A stretch of DNA of 64,000 nucleotides. Origin: Paraspadella gotoi. Taxonomy: Eukaryota > Animalia > Chaetognatha. Where the stretch lies: positions 5,873,621-5,937,620 of the forward strand of contig CM119264.1 of NCBI GenBank assembly GCA_051294375.1, written 5' to 3'. The notes under the pieces were generated by a model that was given only the letters and a program-made list of their open reading frames with translations, was not told the DNA's origin and did not search any database. Shown piece after piece: positions 13,069 to 25,000 of the stretch; position 1 is the stretch's first letter; each line of letters begins with the position of its first letter. The position numbers and the translations under genes are program-made.

Positions 13069-15716
13069 CTTTGATATCGGTGCTTCAGGTTGTCACCAAT
13101 TCTATCACCATCTCTTCCAAAGAAAACTCCGATTTGCTCGACTGCGTAACGAATATCTCAGCGTCAGGTTTCTGCACGGAAAGAGAAAAGCGGAAAAGTT
13201 ATGCCATCTAATGATGCCTTTATCGAGAGACGGACCGACGGACGGATAAATATTGCGAAATGAGGAAAGATAAGTAAGATAGATATACATTTGACAGAAA
13301 TAAAAATAAAGAAAGTAATACGTAGGCAAAACCTTGCAGTCGTAATCGCCGCTTGAGTGACGCAGTCGAAGAGCATACCCGACTCCGGTTAATCTCTCCA
13401 GTCTTCTCCCACTGAGGATAGCAGGAGTAGGAATCTCTCTACATTTTTTGACACAGCCTGAAATGGGGAGAATTCAAAATGGCTGCCTTTCCTTACCTTA
13501 CTATTTCGACACCGCGGGTAACGCTGGCAAGGGTGAAGACTGAAGAGGACGGGGGTCATAATCTCCAAAGATATATATAACCAAAGATATATATAAACAA
13601 AGATCATAGGTTCAGATGAAGGAAAAAAAAATATTATTCTGAAGGTTCTTTGCGATTGCCCTACGGGGGCAGAGGATTGAAAGAGACCTTCCTTAAATAA
13701 GCAGAAGTTATTTGTGGCATCGCTGGAATTTTGACTACTCGCCTTTGACCAGAGCATTATCCTCCAGTCGTCGACGCCGGTGGACCACATAGGGTCCACC
13801 GGATATTTGTTGATGAGATCTTTGAATTGGATCAGAATTTGGTTCGATGCGTCTTCGCCGATACCCGGAAGATACTGTTGCAAAATGCTTTTGACCTACG
13901 GAATAATCGAAGGGTTGTTGGGACTCGGTATCGAAAGCTACTAGAACTCGAACACTTTTCCATATTCTCGGAGATAAATGTTTCGCCATCACGAAGAAAA
14001 TTTTTTTTTTTTTTTTGAGGCAGACACTGGGGGGGGGGGACATCTGGTTACACAAACTACGGTTAAAAGATTATTATTCAAAGCTCTCTCCGTAAAACGA
14101 AAAAGCTCCCAATTTTAAATTTCAAAACTCCCTTTCAAGATTCCTCAAATTTCCAGTCAAACGCCTTCCGTATCCGAGTGGCTCGCCTGAGAATAAGCGT
14201 GAATGTCGGCGCCCCGCGTATCCACCAGAGTGTTATCGAAGTCGAACACGACGGCCTTTGGCTTCATGTCGAAGTCGAAATCCGGCTCAGGATTTGCCTC
14301 GTCTGCCAATTACAACAACGACGAATTAGTCACTGGACGACTTTTTTTTTCACAACAAAACACACACCGAAAGGCATGGAGGTGGCGGGTGAGTGGAGGG
14401 AGGTCCCATCGTCGAAGGCGGCGTCGCTGCTGGGACTCGGCGACGACGTCGACTCAGCTACGGATGTCGTCGACGACGCGGGCGACGACGACAGCGACGA
14501 CGACGTCGAAGGATCCTCGTTCGGCGAAATTCCTAGCGTTTGGCAGGACAACATCTGCGGGATAAGAGGAAGAGTAGTTGGTGAGAAGTAGAAAAAAATC
14601 TTAAAAGCAATAGGATCGTCGCAATCGCATAAGAAAAATCTGGATTGACGACAAATTTTGATACTAAAAAAAATCAAATTTGAGAAAAGAAAAATAATTT
14701 ATAAACAAAGAAAAAGAAAAGAATGAATATAAAGACAGAATAGAAAGGAAAGAAAATTTCTATTTTGCGATTGTCAATTTAAAAAATAAAAAATTATTGT
14801 CAAAACGAAATAAAAATCCGATGTTGCGATATGCAAAATGATAACATGCACGAATGCGATGCCTAATTTTTACGAGTTCAATCCTATTTCAATTTTTTTT
14901 TTTAATAAAAAAAACGCAGAGAGAAAGAGAGAGAAAAAAGAAAGAAATCAAAAGGCAGTAGGCAGAAGCAGCAGGCAGAGAAAGAGAGAAAAAGAAAAGA
15001 GCCCCTGCAGAGCCAGCTGGCAGAGAAGAAAATCAAAAGGCAGCAGCAAAAGCAGCAGCAGGAGAAAAGAGAGGAAAAAGAGAATAAGCCCCTGCAGAGC
15101 CGAGCTGCAGACTCGTTTTTTCCCTGTTCATAGGGAAAAAAAGGCTATGATTATGTATCAGTGAATAGGGAAAAGAGAGAGGGAAAGAGACATGTAATTA
15201 AAAGAGAAGAGAGAGAGAGAGAGAAATATGAAAATAAAAGAGAGAAAATTTGTTTGTTTTGATAAAACGTAAACAAAACATATTTAATAACTGTCCAGAC
15301 TCAATTTTAAGCACATCGGTGATGAGAAGCTGTATATAAATTTTCAGCTTCATAAACCCAAATTTAATCATAAAAAAGGCGATCTATAATTTGGAACGTC
15401 GACGACGACGACGACGACACCACTTATGGGCAAAAGCGTTACAATATCGTCGCAAACGCTTTGCGATTGCGACGATAAAAAGATCGATCATAGTTCGTCG
15501 GACTTAACATCATAACTCTTGCGCAAGATTTTTGACATTCGTAAAATAAGGTAAAGTTCTCAAAATGATTTTGCATTGAAGAGAAATAAAAAGAAAAACG
15601 CGAATAAGAAAGCGCATAGTCAGTACAGTACTATTTAGTGTATTACACCTTACCTCTAAGGCAGACATGGTTCGGGCACCAACGTAATCGAGTTGATATG
15701 GAGCTGACGTCTTCAT
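13069..15716 (-). CDS. NANP: N-acylneuraminate-9-phosphatase-like HAD hydrolase (NANP/HDHD4); 3' exon(s) not found, exon 5 damaged in this copy
   Basis: Exons ~15716-15654, 14554-14368, 14302-14187, 13895-13743, 13457-13333, 13171-13069. HAD motif I KAVVFDFDNTLVDTRGA, then VKSILQQYL...WRIMLWSK|AVSK, then KPDAEIF and GDN..DIKG motifs. The first two exons are inferred from splice sites and phase only. Confidence 0.85.
14592..15480 (-). mobile_element. HINE/DINE-1-like non-autonomous Helentron derivative (family 1)
   Basis: Subterminal inverted repeats atcgtcgcaatcgca (14615-14629) and tgcgattgcgacgat (15462-15476), with an adjacent partial inverted copy and a (gac)n microsatellite. Sits in A/T runs. 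A partial second copy lies at ~21490-21822. Confidence 0.6.
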
Positions 15717-17269
15717 GGGTTTCGTGTCAGGGACGACGTCATCCGCGCATCAGAGTTCCCCCTCCATCCTCGCCCACCGGACCGGCGGGTCGAGGAATTT
15801 TTTGGTTCGAAACGCGGCGGAGGAATGCTATTCCCGGCAAAGAAACAATCACAAAGCATGACGAAATATAATGAAAACGTTCATAGACCGAAAGGGGTTA
15901 AAAATTACAATGATATTTAAACAACCAAGATTCGAAACAAACTGAAATATATCCTCTAGCTTAATAGGCATGATGAGACGTGTCTATAGTCCAGTGAGGA
16001 ATCTGCTGGTTGAATGCGACATCAAATTCCAGTTCAGTTCGATCCGATCTTGAAACATGAGATCAGTTATGAAATGAAGAATGTAAGGGTTGCCGTTGAT
16101 TATTCGCATTCACATTATCTCAAAACTTATGACTAAATTTATAACTAAATATCGATGATCGAGTTTTTAGGTAAATAGAGGTGTGGACTGTACAAAAGTT
16201 CGTAATCCAAAATTTCGAGAATTATTCCAACTGAAAGAAGTGCAAGAAAATTTGATTGACAAATTTACAATTAACGAAGCTGTCTTTTAAAATAAAGCAA
16301 CCGACAACCAAACATCGACAATTTTAAAAGCTGCAGTCGGGAAATAAAACCCGACTATACACATTAAAACTGGAAAACTCTGATTTTTTTAAATAATATT
16401 AAGAAATCATTCAATTACAATTGTGGCTATCGCTAAATTCAACATTCAACAACCGATAAACATCGTTAGCACTAATTTCAATTGATTTTGCAATTCACAA
16501 TCGGGGGGCAAAGAGGGGCGAGAAGCCGGGATTGGCGGTGGTGGAAGGCGAGGCTGCAATTGGTTGGAAGGCGGACGTCGTAGAATTCGAAGGGCGAATC
16601 ACGAAAGGGGATGTGGGCGTCAGAGAGCTCGTTCCACCACCACTACGGTGAAGAATTGAACCTTTTTCAAAGAAAAAATATTTAAACGAATTTTTAAAAA
16701 AATTGTACATTTATTCATGATGTTGAACCTCAGATAAATTTTACTCTATAAAGTTGCAAGTATGGGAAATCAGTCGCGTCGCAGTCGTGAAAAAAAAAAA
16801 AAAAATTAGCGAATAAGTTACCCCACTACAAAAACAACTTTGTCCGCCCGTATAAAACTTATTTATTTGACGCGGGGATAAAATTATAAAAGAAGTCACA
16901 AATTCGGATGAATTCACAATTTTTGGCAACTGTCATTCTTCATGTGCAAAAACTTACTAAGAGAAAAAATCAGATTAGATTTTAAGATTTTAAAATTGTT
17001 AAATTTTAAAACATACGAAAAGGTGAACCACTGTAAAAATTTAAATTTTTTTGAAAGTAAATACTTCAACACACTTTATTTGTAAAGGTATAAAATGTTA
17101 CAAAAATCAAAGAATTAAATCAGTCAAAATTTATAAATAAGTCAATGACTAGCTTTCTTTTTTAAAACTGCCACAAAACGATTTTTTGGGATTATGCTCC
17201 GTGTTTTTGTACAAGACATAATTTAAATCTTGTTTCTAATATCGAAAAAAAATATTAACAATCATTTTT

Positions 17270-18326
17270 AAAGAAGAACGGCGATTCCAATGTTGCGCCG
17301 CAGTGACTTTATTTTCACGTGAATTTCCCTTCGATCACATGATATATTACTAGGAGTCTACGTCGTTCTTAGAGATCGAGGAAGACTTTTTCAATGGAGA
17401 TTTTCTTTCAAATCTGACTCCCAAACAATATAAACGCTCCTGGTAAAAATTCCGGTAAAATATCGATGTAAAACACTTGATTCCGATCCTGTTGTATCTG
17501 AAGGGCTCGCTATTTTTTTCTCTTGTCAAATCATCAACATCTTGATATCAAACAACCCAGAACAAATAGACTGCTTCTGGACGGAAAAATTTTTCATCTC
17601 TGATTTTATATAGAATGAAAGGGATTTTTTTCCTTATAAACGTGACTGAGGTATGTTCCTGTTCAACAAATGAGGTCCAATTTTGGAATTCTTGGCAAAG
17701 TGTCTGAAGGGCTCTCAAAATTTTTCTTTACATTTTATTTGGTTATTTGATATGATACAATCATGGTAAAGTGAATTAGTCCATTTTGGTGAAAATTTTT
17801 ATTTAAAGTAAAAGTAAAAGAGGAGCTAATGATCGGAATTCTAAGAGTTTTTCAACCGGGAGTCAGATTCGGGAAAAATCTTCATGGCGAAAATCTTCCA
17901 AATGGGTGGATTTCCGAAGATTTTGTTAATATTTTCATATTTATGGTCGGATTTTTTTGAAACTTAATATTAACAATATTGCCATCATTCTACCTTGGCC
18001 GGTATAAGAATATATAAAAAACCTCGGGCTTTGTTCGTCAGAGCTTGGTCCTAATATTACATGACATGACAAAAAAATTTTCTTAGCCCATGTATTTATG
18101 CACTGCATCGAAATTCCTTATATTTTTAGGATTTCCTGAAGGCGGCGCTCGCAGTCCCTTAGATTTGAAGTTTTTTCCTGTCTTAGCAAATGAGCAACCA
18201 ACTATAAGCGAATTATATGCATTTTTAACATAAGTGGGACAGATCGACGGACAAAAATCGACCGACAGACCTTCCAAAAAGTGACTTATAGAGTTGCTCC
18301 GCGAGTACACGCGGCGCAACTAAAAA
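17270..18326 (-). mobile_element. HINE/DINE-like interspersed element
   Basis: ttgcgccgc near 17292 is inverted with gcggcgcaa near 18311. Terminal hairpin agttgctccgcg-agtaca-cgcggcgcaact followed by an A run. gacagacc/gacggac short repeats lie nearby. Confidence 0.45.
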
Positions 18327-19035
18327 TTAAGAAAAAAAAAATCTTAAAAGTATAGTGATCTCGCCAGACGTTACTAACAAAGAAAATTTATTAAAAAAAT
18401 CCGGAGAAAAAAACGATTGATCCCATAATGAATTATTGATGAAATAATAATTGATTGATTTAATAATAATTGATTGACGCGATCATTCATCGTAAATAAA
18501 ACAAACAAATGCGTGTTTAAATGAGAGAGAGAGAGACCTTTAAAAACTGTTTTTTCCTAGAAAGTAATTTACATATTGCAGTAAATCATAATGAGAAAAA
18601 AATACAAATAAAAATGACTTAATCTATATAAAATATGATCTAAACTTTTAACTTACTATGATTGCACGCTTTTATAAAAATCCATCGTAATTTGTAATAA
18701 TCTTTATTTAAAAAAAATTATAAAAAAAAGACGCAGACAACGACTAAGACAACGATGTCAGAAAGAAGCTAAAGTGATCCAAAATCTAGCCAAGACCGGC
18801 TTAAGCCCGTCTGTCAAGATAATTAATACTTAGTATTTGATATTTATTATAAATAGTTATTTCAAGTTTACAGGTATTCATCATTAAACATTTTCTTTAA
18901 ATTTAATAACTCTTGAGAGAAAATAGCGACTAAGCCGACAATATATTAACTGCATTTTTGAGATGCAAATAAGGATCAGAAACTGCCATCAAAGAAATCT
19001 GAAACAATAATTGACATTAACTATCTGTCAAAAAA

Positions 19036-22000
19036 ATGGATTTATTGAAAAAATTGTTCAGACTTTCAAGCATTATATTGTTCACAGAACTTATTTGGAA
19101 AATAACAGCTGAAGATGGCTGTGAAGTAAATAGAACAAGCAAACCCAATGAATTTTCTATAACAGAATCATGTCTCAATAAACCATTGGAACTTAACCTT
19201 GATATGTTTCACTGTCTATACGACAGGAAAGAAAAAGATATACGAATGCTGGTGCCAGTATCGCTTGTTCAAGGAAATAAATTAAAAAGTTTTTTTCAAG
19301 ATGCTTGCCGTGATAGTTATAAAAAAAATAAAAATGAATCTAAAAATTTTAACAAATGCGTGCCGCGAGAGGAATGCGGAGACACGCAAAAAATATGCAA
19401 CGGAAAAAAAACAGTAGGATTGAGGGCTGGTACGAACAACACATGTAAGTATTTTGTAAATCCTCCTAAGCTTAATCAAAAATATTTTGTCGTAAGCTTT
19501 ACTTAAATTATTATCAAAGTTAATTTATAAAAAACACACATCTCCATCCATGGGACATCACATTATACCAAGTATTAACTAAAATGATGCAGGATAACCA
19601 GAGTTATGGGCATTTAAAATGTACGTTTGAAAAGCCAAAAAAGAAAAGACTAATTGTACAAGACGTGAACAAGCCAAACCCTAACGATAATGAAACTAAT
19701 GATAATAATTGTGGCTTGCTCGGTAGTTACGGGAAACTTGTGATCTGGCGGAAGGATTACTCGAATTGTGTTAACCAGTTCGTTCCACTAGTGCAAGGAT
19801 CGCACCGTCTGGATCCAAAAAGGATTCGGGGGGACCTTTAGGAACGGAGATGAAGCGTTAGCCCCCGACGGCCCAACACTAATGTTGATGCCGGAACAGT
19901 TCTTTGCAATATTATGTAATGATATAATCAGTTTTAATCTAATTATCATCGTCTTTTTTCAGCTATTTGGAAGTGTGACGCTGGTCCACTAGATAAATCA
20001 AGTACGTATAATCGTATATTATATGCTCTGATAGAAATTTTTTTCCAAGACCTCTCAAAGTAAGGAAAGGTTCTTGGGAAAGGGAAAACCAGAAATCGAA
20101 ATTTTCTATTTCTGGACCTTTGAAATCCAAAATACCAGTCCAGAAAATCTGTAGTTGGGCATCGTATAAGTTCACCTCGATTATATGCATGACACCTTCA
20201 GTCGTGACCCGGTGGCTCATTGAGTAAAGCCATCAGCTCATGACCACAAGATACCGGGCCATAAACAGCCTTTAAGTGCATGGAAAACCCTCAAGCTTGG
20301 GTTTCAAGCCCAGGACCTGTTCCATTGCTGCTGAGAGGGCACAAAAGTTACAGATAGTAGGCTTCAGCCCACTTAGCGCCTTATCCACAAATCCATGTGG
20401 CATATTTCAATTTTCATAATCCTTACCGTTTTTTCAATGTGCAATTATTTTAAATCTATTACAAAGACACAAATTATAATATAATATAATACATGAGGGA
20501 GTTGTGCTTTTACATAATTGAAACATTCTTTGAAATATTATTTCCATTTCATTGATAGGGAAGCGAGGTCCTCTGGGAGTGAATAAACCAGATTGTGAGA
20601 GCAAGCTTGCAGGGCCCTGCTTTATAATTAACTTGAAAGAGTGATAGAAGCCTTAAACCGCCAAGTCTGTCCAAATTCAGGAGCAACATAGCCTATTTAT
20701 TAAATGAATAGATAATTTTTATATTGTTTGTAGAAATTTTATAAGTATATAGCAAAAATTGTCATAAAAAAATTCACAGCTTGTTGTCCAAATGGAATAT
20801 CTGTAAGAGGACCAAAAAAATTATGCGAAAATAATACAAAACCGCTTCACAGACTAGCAGAAAAATCAAATAGTAATCGACTAATTTGTGTCCAAACTAC
20901 AAAAAAAATATCGGTTTTAGTCCCGGACTTTACAAGCCATCTTGAAGGTAAAACATTTTGAAAGATTTAAGTATAATATCTTAAAAACCATAACAAACAA
21001 AATTTTTTTAAGAGAAATGGTTATTCAAATCTACATAAAAAAAAGCCAAAATTATTAAAACAGATTCAAAAAGCTGAGCTACTGGCGATTCCAAAAATTT
21101 ATTCACTTTTAACATTTGATGCATTCTTGGCCATTTTATATATCAATCTAAATTATAATAGAAAATAAAAGAAACCTATCTGGAGAGTTATAATTAAAAA
21201 AAATTAATATATAAAATTATTTTTTTCTTATAATAATCTAATTATATAAACCATTTTATCCATTTATCTGTCTAACTCTCATATCTTGTTGGTAAATTAC
21301 TTGGTTCATCTTAGAATACTGAATTATAAAAAATTATCCGAAAAAATTGAATTTTTTTATCTTTCCATACATCTATTTGTTACTTTAACCAGTCATTACA
21401 CTTGAGTCAATTAATGGATTGATCTAAAATTTTGTGTGTGGCCAGAAAGGAGGTTGATTATGCTTAATCTAAAAAAAAATAAAAATAAAAAAAATCTTAA
21501 AAGCATAAGGATCGTCGCAATCGCATAAGAAAAATCTGGATTGACGACAATTTTGATACTAAAAAAAAAAAATTGAGAAAAGAAAATTAATTTATAAACA
21601 GAAATAAAATTATATTTTGCGATTGTCAATTAAAAAAAAATAATAAAGTACCAAAGAAAATTAAAGTTACAGTTTCTGAAAAAAAAAAGAAAAAAAAACA
21701 ATTAAAAATTTTTTTTTAAAAAACCCGATGTTGCGATAGCAAAATGATAACATGCACGAATGCGATGCCTAATTTTAAGAGTTCAATCCTAATGCAATTT
21801 TTTTAAAATAAAAACGCAGAGAGAATTGGATAAATTAATTGTGCAAAAGAAGAGTGAGAGAAGAGAGAGAGAGAGAGAGAAAGTTTCCAACAAAGTGGTG
21901 AGACAGAATAATGGTCAGAGATGAGGACAGGGTAAGTTGAACACAGATTGAGTTATCTTAAAGTGACATTAAATAATGAATATTCAAACATTTTTATTCC

Positions 22001-25000
22001 AAACCGCGTGGAAAAAACGAGCAGTATAGTGGACTAAAATTTACCAACCATTCATCAGCGGCCAATGGTGCAGGAGACAAGTCATTCGCCTCCCAGCCCA
22101 AAGGTCGCCTAGCAGTTAAGAGGGAGGGGCGCGCTTAACCCGCCTGTAATACGGTGTTACAGCCTGATCCGAAGCTCAGGAACAACTTACATTGAACGGT
22201 GAACGGTTGTCACTAACTCATAACTGTCTCTTTAGCAGTTGCTTTTGCTGCATCAAAGAAAACATTATATCCAAGAATTTCAAAACAATCGTTTAAGGGG
22301 ACCAAGTGAACAGGGGGGGTAAAAAGCTGAAACATAACGTTGACCCTTTAACTTTAAGCTGGTTCTGATCATATAATTTTTCTTCTATAATCATTTGGGA
22401 AAGTAGTTAAAAAATTCGATAAAATCAGCGAGCTTAATTTTCTTTAAAAAATCGGTAAGAAGAAAAATCTTTTTCAAGTTTAAAATTTTTTTTCCAAAAA
22501 AGGGTAAGATCTAATTTTAAAAAGATTTTCAGCTTTTATCATAAAAATTTATAAGAAAAAAAACTAGGAATGAATCAAAATTTAAGGTATCGACTGATTT
22601 TATTTAAACTTTCTTTCAAATGATTCTGTTAATTGGATGAAAAATAAAACTCTTTGAAGTAATATAAATATATAAAGAAGAAAAAGATTCTGTACTTTTT
22701 GCTAAATTTTTAATTGTTATAATTAGGAATCAATATAGTTTAATTATACATTTAAGGGATGAATATGAATATTAATTAATAATTATTACAGTTTTGTTTC
22801 TGTAAGAATAGAATTTAGGTTTGATTTGTCTGCTTTTAAGTAAATATAAAAATAAAAAAATATTAGTCTTGTAAAGCCTTTGTTCAATGAGGCTTAAACC
22901 TAAAATATAAGCTTTGTACAGTAAAAAATAAAAAATTGGAATTTAGTAAAAAATACTTTCTAATGCAAAAATAAAATAATGGATTATATAAATATTTAGG
23001 TAGGGTCAACTAAATTTTTTTTTCATAATTATTAAATTTTTGTTTCCGCTAGAATAAGAGATAGAATTTTTTTGCCACTTTCCCGTGCAAAGAAAAATTA
23101 ATGACTATCACCATTCAAATTCCTTTGATGATAGACCCTTAAGCTTATGATATCATTTTTATCACTGGGTCCCCTTAAAAGCCAAGAAAGTATTATTTGA
23201 ATATTTATTCAGATTTTAATAATTATTAACAGTTTTAGAATAACTCTATAATTCACTTTGTCGGTCCGTCGGACCGCCCCTCAATTTTGTCAGGCATTCA
23301 CTTATATCATGTCAGAACATCGAATTATGATAAATTATACAAAAAAAACTATGTCTGTCCGTCTGTCTGTCCGTCCCACCTTAGCAAAAAACACAATTAC
23401 TCGTGATTGGATGGATGGATTGGAATGAAATTTTGTGTGTGGGTAGGGAAGTGTGTGATTGAACTGGATATGAAGTTTTGATGGAATCGTCCGAGTGGAA
23501 ATGAGTTTAAACGGAAAAAAATGTCACTATTTGAACACAAATTACTCATGAGTGGATTGACTTGGAATTTTGTATTTGGGTAGAAAAGTGCGTGATTAAA
23601 CTGGAAATCAAGTTTCGATGGAATCGTTTGAGTGGAGATGAGTTTAAATGGAAAAAAAACAAGAACCTGTTTCACTAATTGATTATGCTTTTTTTTCTTT
23701 TAAATGTAAATTTTAATGTAAATTCAAAATGTATTAATTAGTCAATTAATTAATCAATAATTAATTAATCAATCAAAACAAAAATTTCGAATCAAATTGC
23801 CTAATTAATTAAATAATTAATTTGAATAAATTAATTATTAATTAATTACCGATAATGATCGTGGGCAGATCCGACATTGTTTGCTCAAACTTGTTAAAAT
23901 ATTGTCTATATATTTGGTCCCACCCCTGTACAAGAATTTACTCAAAAATAAAAATAAAGTTGCTTCTAGATTTTTTTTTAAAGCGACCATTTGTTTAATG
24001 TTAATATATTATATTATATTACTGGATGGTACAATTATCAAACTACCGTGAATGAAAATATGAACATTTTTTAACCTTAATAATCAAAAATACAATATAA
24101 TAAAAAGGATTTCCAGTTCATTAATCAAATTTCAAATATTCTTTACAGATGGAGCTAACATCAATCCACTGGCCAGTGAATTGAACTTAAATATATTACC
24201 AAATCATAGTATTTCAACCTTAAATCCTCTCATTGAAAAAACAGTAGAATATTTATACGGGGAGTATATGGAAAAAATTACTACGCTAGCTATGATATGG
24301 CTTTTTCAGAACGAGAATGCTGCAATCAATATCACTGTAATAAGTTTACAAGATGTAAATGGTAATTATCCTTTCTTTTTCGTTGTTTGAGAGATTAACA
24401 AAGTTTGATTTTATTTTGCAACGAATTTTATTTTATAAGAGCAGACATGTTTCGGCTCACAATACGAGCCTTCATCAGCGCACAACTCATGTGCGCTGAT
24501 GAAGGCTCGTATTGTGAGCCGAAACATGTCTGCTCTTATAAAATAAAATTCGTTGCAAAATAAAATCAAACTTTGTTAAGATGTAAATGAAATTGGTAAG
24601 TTAAAAAGTTTTAAAACCTAACCATGTTTTGATAAATTATAAAAAAATACTTTGATAATTCAAAACAAACAAATAAAAACAAATAAATTTAAGTAAAACT
24701 AGAAAATCTGAATGTATTCTTTGAGAGTCATCGCATGTACCGAGATAATGAATTAGAGATTACACATGGGAGTACAGGTACAGTATTTTTATTTATGACC
24801 AATATTTCGATCCATTGGACAGATTTATCTCCAGGACCAAATGAGTAAGTTAATAGACAGACCAAAAAAAGAAGAGATAGAGAGAGAGGAGAGAGAGATT
24901 ATCCAGGATTATCGACCAAATGAAAAAAAACAAAAAAACAAAAAAACAAGCGGAATCAAAATCAGCTGAATATCGGCAGCTGCAAATTCGCGATTTATTT

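Noticed and set aside
19730-20400. GC-richer patches and a tRNA-like head near 20200 in SID-1 intron 2
   Set aside because: Probably repeat fragments, but there is no second copy in the window and no complete cloverleaf.
24395-24579. Possible miRNA precursor or terminator hairpin
   Set aside because: The perfect 90-bp stem, TSD and hammerhead cores are better explained by an inverted Penelope pLTR.
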